IMG/VR virus record: IMGVR_UViG_3300009151_000053
Coordinates: 1 to 64,000 of that record
Length of the DNA stretch: 64,000 nucleotides
From: a virus
Strand: one strand, 5' to 3'
The translations under genes and the position numbers were made by a program. Under the pieces are notes generated by a model that was not told the DNA's origin, searched no databases, and saw nothing but the letters and a program-made list of their open reading frames with translations. The first letter of the stretch is position 1; each line of letters starts with the position of its first letter. This document shows positions 48,469 through 58,428 of the stretch, piece by piece.

Positions 48469-49802
48469 TGACCAAGAGAACAGAGTTCTTTTTAAATAAT
48501 ATTTCTGTTAAAGGCATTATGGCTAATGGTTATATCGGCTCTGCTGGTCAAGCGTTGTTGTCTAATGGTACATCAACCTATTGGGGTGCTGGTGGTGGTT
48601 ATGCCGGATCACAAGGATATACTGGCTCTTCTGGTGCTTATGCAGGGCTTGGCTATACTGGTTCTCAAGGTTATACCGGATCATTTGGTTATACAGGCTC
48701 TCAAGGTGATATAGGTTATACAGGCTCGCGTGGCTATACTGGTTCTCAAGGTTATACCGGATCATTTGGTTATACCGGATCATTCGGTTACACTGGATCA
48801 TTTGGCTACACTGGTTCTTTTGGTTACACTGGATCATTTGGCTATACAGGTTCTTTTGGTTATACCGGATCATTCGGTTACACTGGTTCTTTTGGTTACA
48901 CTGGTTCTTTTGGTTACACTGGATCAAGAGGAATAACATATACAGGAATAACTCCACCTGCATCTGCTATTAATGGTGATACTTGGTGGAATCCAGCCAC
49001 AGGCAATAGATATGTTTATTATCAAGATATTGATACCGCTCAATGGGTACAAGATTCTGCTGTAGGTCCTGCTGGTATTACAGGCTATACAGGTTCATTT
49101 GGATATACAGGCTCGCGTGGCTACACTGGTTCTCAAGGTTATACTGGTTCTTCTGGTGCATATGCTGCACTAGGATATACAGGATCGTTAGGATATACTG
49201 GGTCGCTAGGATATACAGGTTCAATCGGCTATACTGGTTCTCAAGGTGTTATTGGTTATACAGGTTCATTTGGTTACACGGGCTCAATCGGCTATACTGG
49301 CTCTCAAGGTGTTATTGGTTATACAGGTTCATTTGGTTACACGGGCTCGTTTGGTTACACAGGATCGTTTGGTTACACAGGTTCAATCGGCTATACTGGC
49401 TCTCAAGGTGTTATTGGTTATACGGGATCGTTTGGCTACACAGGTTCGTCTGGCGCATATGCTGCTATTGGATATACTGGTTCTGGTGGCAATTCTCCAG
49501 CACAGTTTAAATCTTCTGCATACACGCTTGCTTTCGGTGACGTGATCGCTGCAAATACCTATACAGCCGCATTTTCTCTAAGTCTTCCTGCTTCACCGAC
49601 AACTGGACAACCACCAATAACTATTTTTGATGGTGGTGCTAATGCAACTTTTGCTGGATTTGCCACAAACAACTTGACGGTACTTCGTAATGGAAGCGTT
49701 ACGATTAATGGTGTGGCTGATGATGTCTTTTTTGCAGAAAGTGGAATGTCTGTGAAACTTGAATATATGACTGGTGGATGGAGAATGCGAAATGGCGGTT
49801 AA
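48468..49802 (+). CDS. Collagen-like (GYTGS repeat) fibre protein
   Basis: Two Gly-X-Y tracts, a GDTWW...RYVYY...QWVQ module, and a C-terminal domain paralogous to 51636-53198. Confidence 0.8.
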   Translation: MTKRTEFFLNNISVKGIMANGYIGSAGQALLSNGTSTYWGAGGGYAGSQGYTGSSGAYAGLGYTGSQGYTGSFGYTGSQGDIGYTGSRGYTGSQGYTGSFGYTGSFGYTGSFGYTGSFGYTGSFGYTGSFGYTGSFGYTGSFGYTGSFGYTGSRGITYTGITPPASAINGDTWWNPATGNRYVYYQDIDTAQWVQDSAVGPAGITGYTGSFGYTGSRGYTGSQGYTGSSGAYAALGYTGSLGYTGSLGYTGSIGYTGSQGVIGYTGSFGYTGSIGYTGSQGVIGYTGSFGYTGSFGYTGSFGYTGSIGYTGSQGVIGYTGSFGYTGSSGAYAAIGYTGSGGNSPAQFKSSAYTLAFGDVIAANTYTAAFSLSLPASPTTGQPPITIFDGGANATFAGFATNNLTVLRNGSVTINGVADDVFFAESGMSVKLEYMTGGWRMRNGG

Positions 49803-50481
49803 TGCATCAACTTTATTATTTACTGGTAAAGGCACTGCTCGTTTATTAGATAGACAAGTTTTTACATCTTCTGGCACTTGGACCAAACCTGCTAATGGCG
49901 CTGGCAATATTGCTGCTGGAGTAGGAAAGATTGTTAAGGTTTGGTTGATTGGTGGGGGTGGCGCTGGTTCTTATTATTACCAAAACGTTGCTACTGGTGG
50001 CGGCGGTGGTGGATTGACTGAAAAATATATAGATGTAATTGAATGTGCAGCAACTGTGACAGTTACGATTGGCGCTGGTGGGGCTTCTAGTCTTCTAAAT
50101 GGCGGAGACACTACATTTGGAACTTTAGGTCGTGCTGGTGGTGGTAGAGGCGGTCAAAGTCATTATACAGGCGGTCCTGGTGGTGGCGGTACTTATCCAG
50201 GAGGAGAAGGTGGTTCGTGGTTTTATGATCCGATAACGACATCTTATATTTCTGCTAGTGGTCAATCTGGAGGTGGTGCAGGTGGTGGCGCGGGCGGCGG
50301 AGTTAACACTGCAAAAGGCGGCGATGGCGCTGGAATATATGGTGTTGATTATGGTCCAGGTGCTGGAGGCGATAATGGCGCTACTGGTAAACTTTATGGC
50401 GGTGGTGGAAGTGTTAATATGTCAACGCTTAATGGAAACGTCGGCGCTGCTGGTGTAGCAGTTATTGAAGTTTGGGGATAA
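49792..50481 (+). CDS. Glycine-rich adhesin-like protein (paralog 1)
   Basis: FTSSGTWTKP, V.LIGGGG.G, VTVTIGAGG, GG.TTFG and a terminal GVAVIEVWG. Confidence 0.7.
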   Translation: MAVNASTLLFTGKGTARLLDRQVFTSSGTWTKPANGAGNIAAGVGKIVKVWLIGGGGAGSYYYQNVATGGGGGGLTEKYIDVIECAATVTVTIGAGGASSLLNGGDTTFGTLGRAGGGRGGQSHYTGGPGGGGTYPGGEGGSWFYDPITTSYISASGQSGGGAGGGAGGGVNTAKGGDGAGIYGVDYGPGAGGDNGATGKLYGGGGSVNMSTLNGNVGAAGVAVIEVWG

Positions 50482-50487
50482 ATAATA

Positions 50488-51204
50488 ATGTCAACTAATG
50501 CATCAATTTTATTAACTGCTGGCGCTGGTGGGGGCGTTGCTCGTCTATTGGATAGACAAATATTTACTACAAACGGCACTTGGACAAAGCCAGCAAACAA
50601 TGCAGGTAATATTGCTTCTGGTGTTGGTAAACTTGTAAAGATTTGGTTAATAGGCGCAGGTGGATCGGGATCAGTAGTTGGGACTGCTGGCGCTACATCT
50701 GCTGGTGGCGGTGGCGGCGGGTTAACACAAAAGTTTATAGATATCAGTGAATGTGGCGCTACAGTCTCTGTTACAATTGGTGCTGGTGGAACTGCATCAG
50801 GTAATAATGGTGGAGACACTACATTTGGAACTTTAGGTCGTGCTGGTGGCGGTAAGGGTGCAATAAGCACAAAAGAAGGTGGTCCTGGAGGCGGAGGTAC
50901 GTTTCCTGGCGGTGCTGGTGGATCGTGGTTTTTAAATCCTATAAATTCAATTTATAATGGAATGAATGGTAAATCTGGTGGTGGTGCTGGTGGGGGTTCT
51001 GGCATGGGACAAAATGTTGGCAAAGGCGGAGATAGTTCTGGGATTGTCGGGTCTGATTATGGTCCCGGCGCTGGTGGTGGCACTTCTGGCGCTGGTAATA
51101 ATGGAAATCTTTATGGCGGTGGTGGTTCTGGTGGCACTTCTGCTAATAGTAATAATGGATTTACTGGTGCTGCTGGTGTAGCAGTTATTGAAGTTTGGGG
51201 ATAA
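50488..51204 (+). CDS. Glycine-rich adhesin-like protein (paralog 2)
   Basis: Same framework as 49792-50481 with different inter-glycine loops. Confidence 0.7.
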   Translation: MSTNASILLTAGAGGGVARLLDRQIFTTNGTWTKPANNAGNIASGVGKLVKIWLIGAGGSGSVVGTAGATSAGGGGGGLTQKFIDISECGATVSVTIGAGGTASGNNGGDTTFGTLGRAGGGKGAISTKEGGPGGGGTFPGGAGGSWFLNPINSIYNGMNGKSGGGAGGGSGMGQNVGKGGDSSGIVGSDYGPGAGGGTSGAGNNGNLYGGGGSGGTSANSNNGFTGAAGVAVIEVWG

Positions 51205-51215
51205 GGAGAAATCAA

Positions 51216-51632
51216 ATGAGACACGCGATTATAAAAGACAGTATTGTTATAAATGTAGCATTATGGGATGGAGAGACTGAATGGACATCTCCTGAAGGCA
51301 CTACAGTTGTGTCTTGTCCAGATGATGCTGGTCCAAATTGGTTATATGATGGTGTTAACTTTACTGCACCACCACATCTAGAAAATATTATTACAGAAGC
51401 GCCTTTACAAAAGATAGATTTTTTAAGATTATTCACACAGGAAGAAAGAATTGCAATCAAAGAAGCAGCAAAAACAAATGCTGTTGTTGAAGATTATCAG
51501 TATATGCTTGACAACTCTACAATTGTTTTATTAAGCGATCCAGATATTCAAACGGGCATTCCTATGTTAGAATCAGCAGGATTGATCGGCATAGGACGTG
51601 CTGCACAGATTCTTTCGGGGGTTAAACCTTAA
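51216..51632 (+). CDS. Fibre-associated (chaperone-like) protein, paralog of 53988-54407
   Basis: MRHAII....VINVALWDG, W.YDG.NFTAP and FLRLFT..ER.AI; TAAGGAG RBS. Confidence 0.7.
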   Translation: MRHAIIKDSIVINVALWDGETEWTSPEGTTVVSCPDDAGPNWLYDGVNFTAPPHLENIITEAPLQKIDFLRLFTQEERIAIKEAAKTNAVVEDYQYMLDNSTIVLLSDPDIQTGIPMLESAGLIGIGRAAQILSGVKP

Positions 51633-51635
51633 TAA

Positions 51636-53198
51636 ATGGCTTTATTAGACTTTCCTGCTAGCCCAACAAACGGACAGACATATGAATCAGGTGGTACCAC
51701 TTGGGCATATGACTCTTCTATAGGTGTATGGTCTATTACATCATCTGGTTATTCTGGTTATACAGGATCACTTGGATATACTGGCTCTATTGGATATACA
51801 GGATCGTTTGGTTACACTGGCTCTCAAGGTGTTATTGGCTATACGGGATCGTTTGGTTATACAGGATCGCAGGGCGTTATTGGCTATACAGGCTCTCAAG
51901 GTGTTATTGGCTATACAGGTTCATTCGGATACACTGGCTCATTAGGCTATACAGGTTCGTTCGGATATACTGGCTCTCAAGGTGTTATTGGGTATACAGG
52001 TTCATTTGGATATACTGGCTCATTAGGTTATACAGGTTCATTCGGATATACTGGCTCTCAGGGTGTCATTGGTTATACAGGATCGTTTGGTTATACCGGA
52101 TCACTTGGCTATACAGGTTCTCAAGGTGTTATTGGCTACACTGGCTCTCAAGGTGTTATTGGCTATACCGGATCACTTGGTTATACAGGTTCTCAAGGTG
52201 ATTTTGGCTATACAGGTTCACTTGGTTACACTGGCTCTCAAGGTGTTATTGGTTATACCGGATCACTTGGTTATACAGGTTCTCAAGGCGATTTTGGCTA
52301 TACAGGTTCACTTGGATATTCCGGTTCTCAAGGCTACACAGGTTCTTCTGGTGCATATGCTGGTATGGGCTATACTGGTTCTGGAGGATATACAGGATCA
52401 AGAGGAACTGATGGTGTTATCGGTTATAATGGATCGACTGGATACACTGGTTCTGCTGGTGCTGGTTATACTGGTTCTAGAGGCTACACCTATACGGGTT
52501 CAACTCCTCCAGTGTCTGCTATTTCTGGTGACACTTGGTGGGACACTGAAACTGGTAATAGATATGTTTATTATGTTGACATTGATACAAGCCAATGGGT
52601 TCAAGATTCTGCTGTAGGTCCTGCTGGTATTATCGGTTACACAGGCTCATCTGGTGCATATGCTGCTATAGGCTATACAGGGTCTCAAGGACTATTAGGA
52701 TATTCTGGACCAATTGGTTACACAGGCTCTGCATCAACTGTTATCGGTTACACAGGCTCGTTTGGTTACACTGGTTCTATTGGCTATACTGGATCACTTG
52801 GTTACACTGGCTCTGCATCAACAGTTATCGGATATACAGGCTCTATCGGTTATACAGGATCATTAGGATATGCTGGATCAGCAGGAAGAACTCCAGCACA
52901 ACTTAAGACTTCAGCATACACAGCGGTAGCAGGTGATGTACTTGCTGCGAATACATATACAGCAGCATTTAACATAAGTCTTCCTGCATCACCAACAGTT
53001 GGACAAGTTCCAATAGTGATTTTTGATGGTGGTGCTAATAGCACATTTAATGGGTTTGCTACGAACAACTTAACAGTTCTTCGCAATAGTGGTGCTACGA
53101 TTAATGGTGTTGCTGATGATGTGTATATGGCATTGAAGGGACAATCAGCGATATTTGAATATATGGCAAGCGGATGGAGAGTAAGAAATGGCGGTTAA
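51636..53198 (+). CDS. Collagen-like (GYTGS repeat) fibre protein
   Basis: MALLDFPASPTNGQ N-terminus, long Gly-X-Y tracts, WWD module and C-terminal domain shared with 48468-49802. Confidence 0.8.
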   Translation: MALLDFPASPTNGQTYESGGTTWAYDSSIGVWSITSSGYSGYTGSLGYTGSIGYTGSFGYTGSQGVIGYTGSFGYTGSQGVIGYTGSQGVIGYTGSFGYTGSLGYTGSFGYTGSQGVIGYTGSFGYTGSLGYTGSFGYTGSQGVIGYTGSFGYTGSLGYTGSQGVIGYTGSQGVIGYTGSLGYTGSQGDFGYTGSLGYTGSQGVIGYTGSLGYTGSQGDFGYTGSLGYSGSQGYTGSSGAYAGMGYTGSGGYTGSRGTDGVIGYNGSTGYTGSAGAGYTGSRGYTYTGSTPPVSAISGDTWWDTETGNRYVYYVDIDTSQWVQDSAVGPAGIIGYTGSSGAYAAIGYTGSQGLLGYSGPIGYTGSASTVIGYTGSFGYTGSIGYTGSLGYTGSASTVIGYTGSIGYTGSLGYAGSAGRTPAQLKTSAYTAVAGDVLAANTYTAAFNISLPASPTVGQVPIVIFDGGANSTFNGFATNNLTVLRNSGATINGVADDVYMALKGQSAIFEYMASGWRVRNGG

Positions 53199-53976
53199 TC
53201 TAGCCACATTAGTAAATTTTGGGTCTGTTGCGGGGTTGCGATTGCTCGACCGTCAAACTCTTACTTCGTCGGGAACATGGACTAAACCAGCCGATAACGC
53301 CGGAAATGTTCTTGCTGGGATTAATAAAATATTAGTGGCAAAGGTTGTTGGCGGGGGCGGAGGCGGAAGCGGATACAATGGCGGCGGAGGAGGAGGGTAT
53401 AGCGAAGAAGTTTGGGATATTTCTCAAATAGCCGCTACAGTAAGTTACACAGTGGGCGCGGCTGGTGCAGCAGGTGGCATTGGAGGCAACAGTAATTTTG
53501 GAATATATGCTTTTGCTGGAGGGGGCTTGCCTGGATATAATAGTTACGATATTGGAACAATAGCGACAACTACAGGACAAAACGCATACTTATATGCTTT
53601 TGCTTCCGCTTTTGCCACCAATTTTCAAAGCACTCAAGGTGGTAGTGGTAGGTATAAAGGTGGTGCTGGTGCTATGTTTTTGTCGCCATATTTCAGTGGC
53701 ACTGGATCGTATGCTGGTCTGATATCTATGCCAGCTACTAATAATGGTGGCGCGGGCGGTGGCGGGGCGTTCAACAATCTTTCAGGGTCTGGACAGATCG
53801 CTTCGAGTGCAGGACTTACTGCCGCTGCTAATAATGCTTCTAGCGTATATGGTCCTGGGGGCGGCGGTGACAACGGGTATGCTGGAAAATTATATGGCGG
53901 CGGTGGCGGGACCAATTCTGGAGCATCAGGTCTTGCGGGTGCTCAAGGTGTTGTTGTAGTTGAAGTTTGGGGATAA
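53188..53976 (+). CDS. Glycine-rich adhesin-like protein (paralog 3, more divergent)
   Basis: RLLDRQ..TSSGTWTKPA and a terminal GVVVVEVWG; extra aromatic-rich insertions. Confidence 0.7.
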   Translation: MAVNLATLVNFGSVAGLRLLDRQTLTSSGTWTKPADNAGNVLAGINKILVAKVVGGGGGGSGYNGGGGGGYSEEVWDISQIAATVSYTVGAAGAAGGIGGNSNFGIYAFAGGGLPGYNSYDIGTIATTTGQNAYLYAFASAFATNFQSTQGGSGRYKGGAGAMFLSPYFSGTGSYAGLISMPATNNGGAGGGGAFNNLSGSGQIASSAGLTAAANNASSVYGPGGGGDNGYAGKLYGGGGGTNSGASGLAGAQGVVVVEVWG

Positions 53977-53987
53977 GGAGAAACCAA

Positions 53988-54407
53988 ATGAGACACGCAA
54001 TTATAGAAAACAATACAGTTATAAATGTGGCATTATGGGATGGAGAGACTGAATGGACTCCCCCGGAGAATACTATCGTGGTAAGTTGTGCTGATGATGT
54101 GGGCCCAGATTGGCTATATGACGGTGTTAACTTTACTGCGCCAACGTTAAATCAAGAAAATATTATTACGGAAGTGCCATATCAAAAAATTGATTTTCTG
54201 AGACTATTTACTCAAGCGGAACGAATGGCAATCAAAGAAGCGGCCAAGACCAATCCCGTTGTAGAAGATTATCAATACATGCTCGATAATTCATCAACTA
54301 TACTATTAAGCGATCCAGATATTCAAGATGGCGTTCCTCTCTTAGAATCGGCAGGATTAATAGGAGAAGGTCGTGCTGCACAAATTCTTTCGGGGGTTAA
54401 ACCATAA
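53988..54407 (+). CDS. Fibre-associated protein, paralog of 51216-51632
   Basis: Highly similar sequence ending GRAAQILSGVKP; TAAGGAG RBS. Confidence 0.7.
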   Translation: MRHAIIENNTVINVALWDGETEWTPPENTIVVSCADDVGPDWLYDGVNFTAPTLNQENIITEVPYQKIDFLRLFTQAERMAIKEAAKTNPVVEDYQYMLDNSSTILLSDPDIQDGVPLLESAGLIGEGRAAQILSGVKP

Positions 54408-54410
54408 ACC

Positions 54411-54635
54411 ATGGCAGATTTAAACTTTCCAGGCAGTCCAACAAATGGACAAACTTATGTATCGGGCGCGACAACTTGGGTTTATAACTCCACAAAAGGG
54501 ATATGGTCAATATCATCTTCTGGATATTCTGGTTATACAGGCTCTAAGGGTCTTGATGCATCATTCAATATTGATGGCGGGTTTCCAAATTCTACATATG
54601 GTGGAATAACATCTATTGATGCGGGCGGTGTATAA
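54411..54635 (+). CDS. Small adaptor-like protein (FP.SPTNGQ head, DGG tail)
   Basis: MADLNFPGSPTNGQ, a single GYTGS and IDGG...IDAGGV. Confidence 0.65.
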   Translation: MADLNFPGSPTNGQTYVSGATTWVYNSTKGIWSISSSGYSGYTGSKGLDASFNIDGGFPNSTYGGITSIDAGGV

Positions 54636-54663
54636 ATATGACTATAAACATTAGGGCTGATCA

Positions 54664-55200
54664 ATGACTGTACAAATTCAACTTAGAAGAGGCACGGCTG
54701 CACAATGGACTAGCAGCAATCCTACGCTCGCGCTTGCTGAAATGGGAATTGAGACTGATACCGCTCTATTCAAGTTAGGCGATGGTGCGACTTCTTGGGT
54801 CTCATTGCCATATGGCGGTATTCAAGGCTATATGGGTTCTAGAGGATATACTGGCTCTAAAGGTATTGCGTCTTTAGGAACAACACCTCCTGCTTCTCCT
54901 ATGAATGGTGATCTTTGGTGGGACACTGAGACAGGAAATCGATTCATTTATTATAACGACGGCAACTCTTCGCAATGGGTTCAAGATACAGCATTAGGTC
55001 CTGCTGGTGTTATTGGATATACAGGTTCTCAAGGACCTATTGGCTATACAGGTTCAATTGGTTACACAGGTTCTGCATCAACTGTTATTGGTTATACAGG
55101 ATCGATTGGTTATACGGGATCAATAGGTATAGGTTATACCGGTTCATCGGTTTCAGACGCGCAACTAGGATTCTTAATCGCATTAACAGTAGCACTTTAA
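54664..55200 (+). CDS. Short collagen-like protein with Mtd-N-like domain
   Basis: QIQLRRGTAAQW, WWDTETG module and GYTGS tract; TATAAATA at 54631-54638. Confidence 0.72.
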   Translation: MTVQIQLRRGTAAQWTSSNPTLALAEMGIETDTALFKLGDGATSWVSLPYGGIQGYMGSRGYTGSKGIASLGTTPPASPMNGDLWWDTETGNRFIYYNDGNSSQWVQDTALGPAGVIGYTGSQGPIGYTGSIGYTGSASTVIGYTGSIGYTGSIGIGYTGSSVSDAQLGFLIALTVAL

Positions 55201-55212
55201 GGAGATAACTAA

Positions 55213-55623
55213 ATGGCTGTTACGCCAAATTCAATCATTACACCACAAACGCCTATCGGCGCAACTGCTGTTGTCACGACTGGTAACGCGACTTATACAG
55301 ATTCGCCTACCAACACAGTTCAACTATTAGCATCACAAACTAATGGCGCTCGTATTCAAAAGATCACTGCATTAGCAAGAGCGACTCCGTCGGCTACAGA
55401 ATTGCAGTTGTTTGTTTCTTCTGATGCTGGTACAACAAAGCGTTTTATCAAGTCGGTTGTTATGCCAGCATATACTGTTGCACAGACTACTGGTCAAACT
55501 GCTATTGATTTTGGTTATTCTGATTCTTTTCCATTGATTCTTTCAAATACAGAAAGTCTTTGGGTTGGTATTGGTGTGACTAACACGGGTATTGTTTTCC
55601 GTGCAGAAGGGTATGCATACTAA
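55213..55623 (+). CDS. Hypothetical virion protein
   Basis: 136 aa beta-rich ORF with AAGGAG RBS. Confidence 0.6.
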   Translation: MAVTPNSIITPQTPIGATAVVTTGNATYTDSPTNTVQLLASQTNGARIQKITALARATPSATELQLFVSSDAGTTKRFIKSVVMPAYTVAQTTGQTAIDFGYSDSFPLILSNTESLWVGIGVTNTGIVFRAEGYAY

Positions 55624-55626
55624 ATC

Positions 55627-56637
55627 ATGCAAGGCGCTAGACCACCAAGTTATCAAAGAATGATGTCTAGCCAATACATGCGCCAGCATAATAATATGCC
55701 GCATCAAAATATGTCTGGTAATCCTAGATCGCAAAAGATTCTTCGCGATGAAATATATTCGTTTTCAACGGCAACGTTTACTCCAGGAGGGGCGGTTTTT
55801 GCTACTGGTCCTACTCTCTCTCAAGTAAAATCTGGATTAATATTTGATGGCGATAGATCATGGACAGATGATACGACAAATCTTAGCACTACAGGCACAA
55901 ACGGCGGTATTATATTGTGGAAAGTTCCATCAACGGGAACCTATACGCTTGATTTATATGGAGCACAAGGCGGAACAGATGGCAATTATCTTGTTCCTGG
56001 AGCTTTAGGTGCTAGAATCAAAGGTGATTTTTTATTAACAAAAGGTCAAATATTGGCTTTGGTTGTGGGACAAAAAGGACAAGACGATAGACCAAACTTT
56101 AACAATGCATGGGGTGGCGGAGGCGGTGGAGGCTCTTTTGTGTGGGTTAATGGAACAACGTCCGCACCCTTAATTGCTGCTGGTGGAGGTGGGTCGGGTG
56201 GACAAAACCCTACTGGCGATATTTTGAGTAAGGCTGGAGGACAAATTGGAACTTCAGGAGCACAGTTTGCATCGGGCGGCGCTGGAGGTACTGGAGGAGT
56301 TGCGGGTGCTGGAGGCGGATGTGGTGGAGGTGGTGGACAAGGATGGTTTGGCGGAACATCTGGACACTGCGGCGGCGGCTTTACTTGGGCAGCAACATAT
56401 ACTGATCCGACTGGATTGACTGCATATGCATCCAGTGCAAGAGGCGGCTTTGGTGGCGGAGGGGGTTCTTATGGTGGTGGCGGTGGTGGCGGCGGATATT
56501 CTGGTGGTGGTGGTGCCGCGTGGTCTTATTCATATTATGGTGGCGGTGGAGGCTCTTATAACGTCGGCACTAATCAAACTTTAGTGGGCGCTACAAATTC
56601 AGATAACGGCAAAATAATCATTACGAAGGTAATATAA
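55627..56637 (+). CDS. Glycine-rich protein (ALK/LTK-type glycine-rich domain)
   Basis: W.VP.TGTY....GAQGG, G.GARIKG.F.L..GQ.L...VGQ.G, PLIAAGGGG and polyglycine runs. Confidence 0.7.
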   Translation: MQGARPPSYQRMMSSQYMRQHNNMPHQNMSGNPRSQKILRDEIYSFSTATFTPGGAVFATGPTLSQVKSGLIFDGDRSWTDDTTNLSTTGTNGGIILWKVPSTGTYTLDLYGAQGGTDGNYLVPGALGARIKGDFLLTKGQILALVVGQKGQDDRPNFNNAWGGGGGGGSFVWVNGTTSAPLIAAGGGGSGGQNPTGDILSKAGGQIGTSGAQFASGGAGGTGGVAGAGGGCGGGGGQGWFGGTSGHCGGGFTWAATYTDPTGLTAYASSARGGFGGGGGSYGGGGGGGGYSGGGGAAWSYSYYGGGGGSYNVGTNQTLVGATNSDNGKIIITKVI

Positions 56638-56828
56638 TGAATTTAAGAATACCAGGAATAGAAGCAGAAGATATCGTAATAAAAAAGTTGGATATATGCA
56701 AATCGTGTGATCAGTTTCAAGATGCCTTTATATCCACATGTAAAGTGTGTAACTGTATGCTTGAAGCAAAAGCAAGGATTATCAAATCTTGGTGTCCTCT
56801 TGGAAAATGGGACCACCTTATAACATAA
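56637..56828 (+). CDS. Small Cys-rich protein
   Basis: C..C, C..C.C and CPLGKW motifs. Confidence 0.65.
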   Translation: MNLRIPGIEAEDIVIKKLDICKSCDQFQDAFISTCKVCNCMLEAKARIIKSWCPLGKWDHLIT

Positions 56829-56854
56829 ATAGAAGACGTTAACAGGAAAAAATC

Positions 56855-57343
56855 ATGGCTGCGTTAGACTTTCCATCTAGCCCTACAAATGGGCAAGTAT
56901 ATACATCAGGAACAACTTCGTGGTCTTACAGCACTGCGAAGACTGCATGGATTGTACTTGGTACTGGATTCTCCGGCTACACAGGTTCTCTTGGTTACAC
57001 TGGTTCAATCGGATATACTGGCTCACTTGGATATGTCGGCTCTAAAGGAACAACACAAACTGGAATAACACCTCCAGTATCGCCGCTTTCTGGCGATCAA
57101 TGGTGGGATAGTGAAACAGGCAATCTGTATGTCTATTATAACGACGGAAACTCTTCACAATGGGTACAGCAATCTCTAGGCGCTTCTGTTGCTGGAGGTA
57201 ACACAAATATTCAGTTCAATGATAGCGGTGTTGCTGCTGGTACATCTGCATTAACATTTGACAAAACAACAAACATTATGAAGATAAATAATGTTGCCGT
57301 GCCAGATATGATAACCATGATGACATTTAATCTGGCGCTATAA
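56855..57343 (+). CDS. Short collagen-like adaptor protein
   Basis: MAALDFPSSPTNGQ, GYTGS tract, WWDSETG module and IQFND; CATAAATA at 56824-56831. Confidence 0.7.
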   Translation: MAALDFPSSPTNGQVYTSGTTSWSYSTAKTAWIVLGTGFSGYTGSLGYTGSIGYTGSLGYVGSKGTTQTGITPPVSPLSGDQWWDSETGNLYVYYNDGNSSQWVQQSLGASVAGGNTNIQFNDSGVAAGTSALTFDKTTNIMKINNVAVPDMITMMTFNLAL

Positions 57344-57352
57344 GGACAGACA

Positions 57353-57787
57353 ATGAAACAGTTACTTTCTTTTACTCCACTATTTGATCCTGTTGCTAAG
57401 ACATTAGATTTTGGCGGCATGAATGGATCATTCGCTATTGATAAACTGTATGCGGTTATTAATGTAACTCGCAACACTCCTTTGTATATTCCTGGCGCTG
57501 CTGGTTATGGTATTACAGCGATCAAAGGAACAAAGATCACATTAACATTTGATACTAGCACACACAGTAGTTCTGATCTGATTAATGTGTTTTATGATAC
57601 GGCTGGAACTATTGATGCCAATGCTGCATTAGAAAATGGCGGACAGTTACAGGTACTCCAAGAAACAATGACGCTTGTATTAGCAGAACTTAGAGTTACC
57701 AATATGCTCTTATCACAAGGACTAAATATAGATTATAACGATGCGGTGAATATCCGTAACGATTTAACAACAACAAACAACAACTAA
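57353..57787 (+). CDS. Hypothetical virion protein
   Basis: 144 aa ORF with AAGGA RBS; LAELRVTN helix like that of 44938-46467. Confidence 0.6.
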   Translation: MKQLLSFTPLFDPVAKTLDFGGMNGSFAIDKLYAVINVTRNTPLYIPGAAGYGITAIKGTKITLTFDTSTHSSSDLINVFYDTAGTIDANAALENGGQLQVLQETMTLVLAELRVTNMLLSQGLNIDYNDAVNIRNDLTTTNNN

Positions 57788-57798
57788 AGGGAAAACTA

Positions 57799-58425
57799 AT
57801 GCTTATTCAAGGACAAGTTGGTGCACCTGGTGCTCAATCTTTAACTCCAGGCACACAGCCAACTGTTCGTGCTGGACAATTGGGAGACGTTATCGTCTCT
57901 GAACTTCATGGTCGTTATTACGAAACGTCTTATCGTAAGGCTCTGTTCGGTGGCGGCAACCAAGCGGGTGTCACTACTACGGCTGCTTTCGCAACGACTT
58001 ATACAGGTCTTGTGCTAGCCAATCCAAACGGCTCTGCTGTTAACTTGGTTCTTAACAAGGTCGGTGTAACGCAGATTCTTGCACAGACAACTGTTTCTGC
58101 TGTTGGTATCATGGTTGGCTTCTCGCCAACTAACCTTTCTGGTACAACTGCTGTAACTGTTAAGAGCAAGTTCTTGGGTGCTCCTCAAGGTGTTGGGCAA
58201 CTTTATAATGCTGCTACGCTTCCTGTTGCTCCTACGCTTGATACAGTGTTTGGCGCTCTTTATACGGCTGCTACAACATCGATTCCAGTTGTTCCTGCAT
58301 TCTTGCTCGATCTTGAAGGCAGCATCATTATTCCTCCAGGTGGTTATGCCGCTCTTTATACGACAACTACTACAACCTCATCGAGCCTTATTGCAACGAT
58401 GTCATGGGAAGAAGTTCCAGTCTAA
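57799..58425 (+). CDS. Hypothetical virion protein, paralog of 46491-47144
   Basis: VSELHGRYYETSYR, DLEGSIIIPPGG and WEEVP. Confidence 0.7.
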   Translation: MLIQGQVGAPGAQSLTPGTQPTVRAGQLGDVIVSELHGRYYETSYRKALFGGGNQAGVTTTAAFATTYTGLVLANPNGSAVNLVLNKVGVTQILAQTTVSAVGIMVGFSPTNLSGTTAVTVKSKFLGAPQGVGQLYNAATLPVAPTLDTVFGALYTAATTSIPVVPAFLLDLEGSIIIPPGGYAALYTTTTTTSSSLIATMSWEEVPV

Positions 58426-58428
58426 TAA

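Noticed and set aside
42791-55200. Mtd-N-like domains suggesting a diversity-generating retroelement
   Set aside because: I saw no reverse transcriptase and no template/variable repeat pair with adenine-specific mismatches in the window.
42858-55208. Alternative-frame ORFs rich in W/L/Y/R or I/Q/V/L
   Set aside because: Shadow frames of the GYTGS repeats, with no RBS and no independent motifs.
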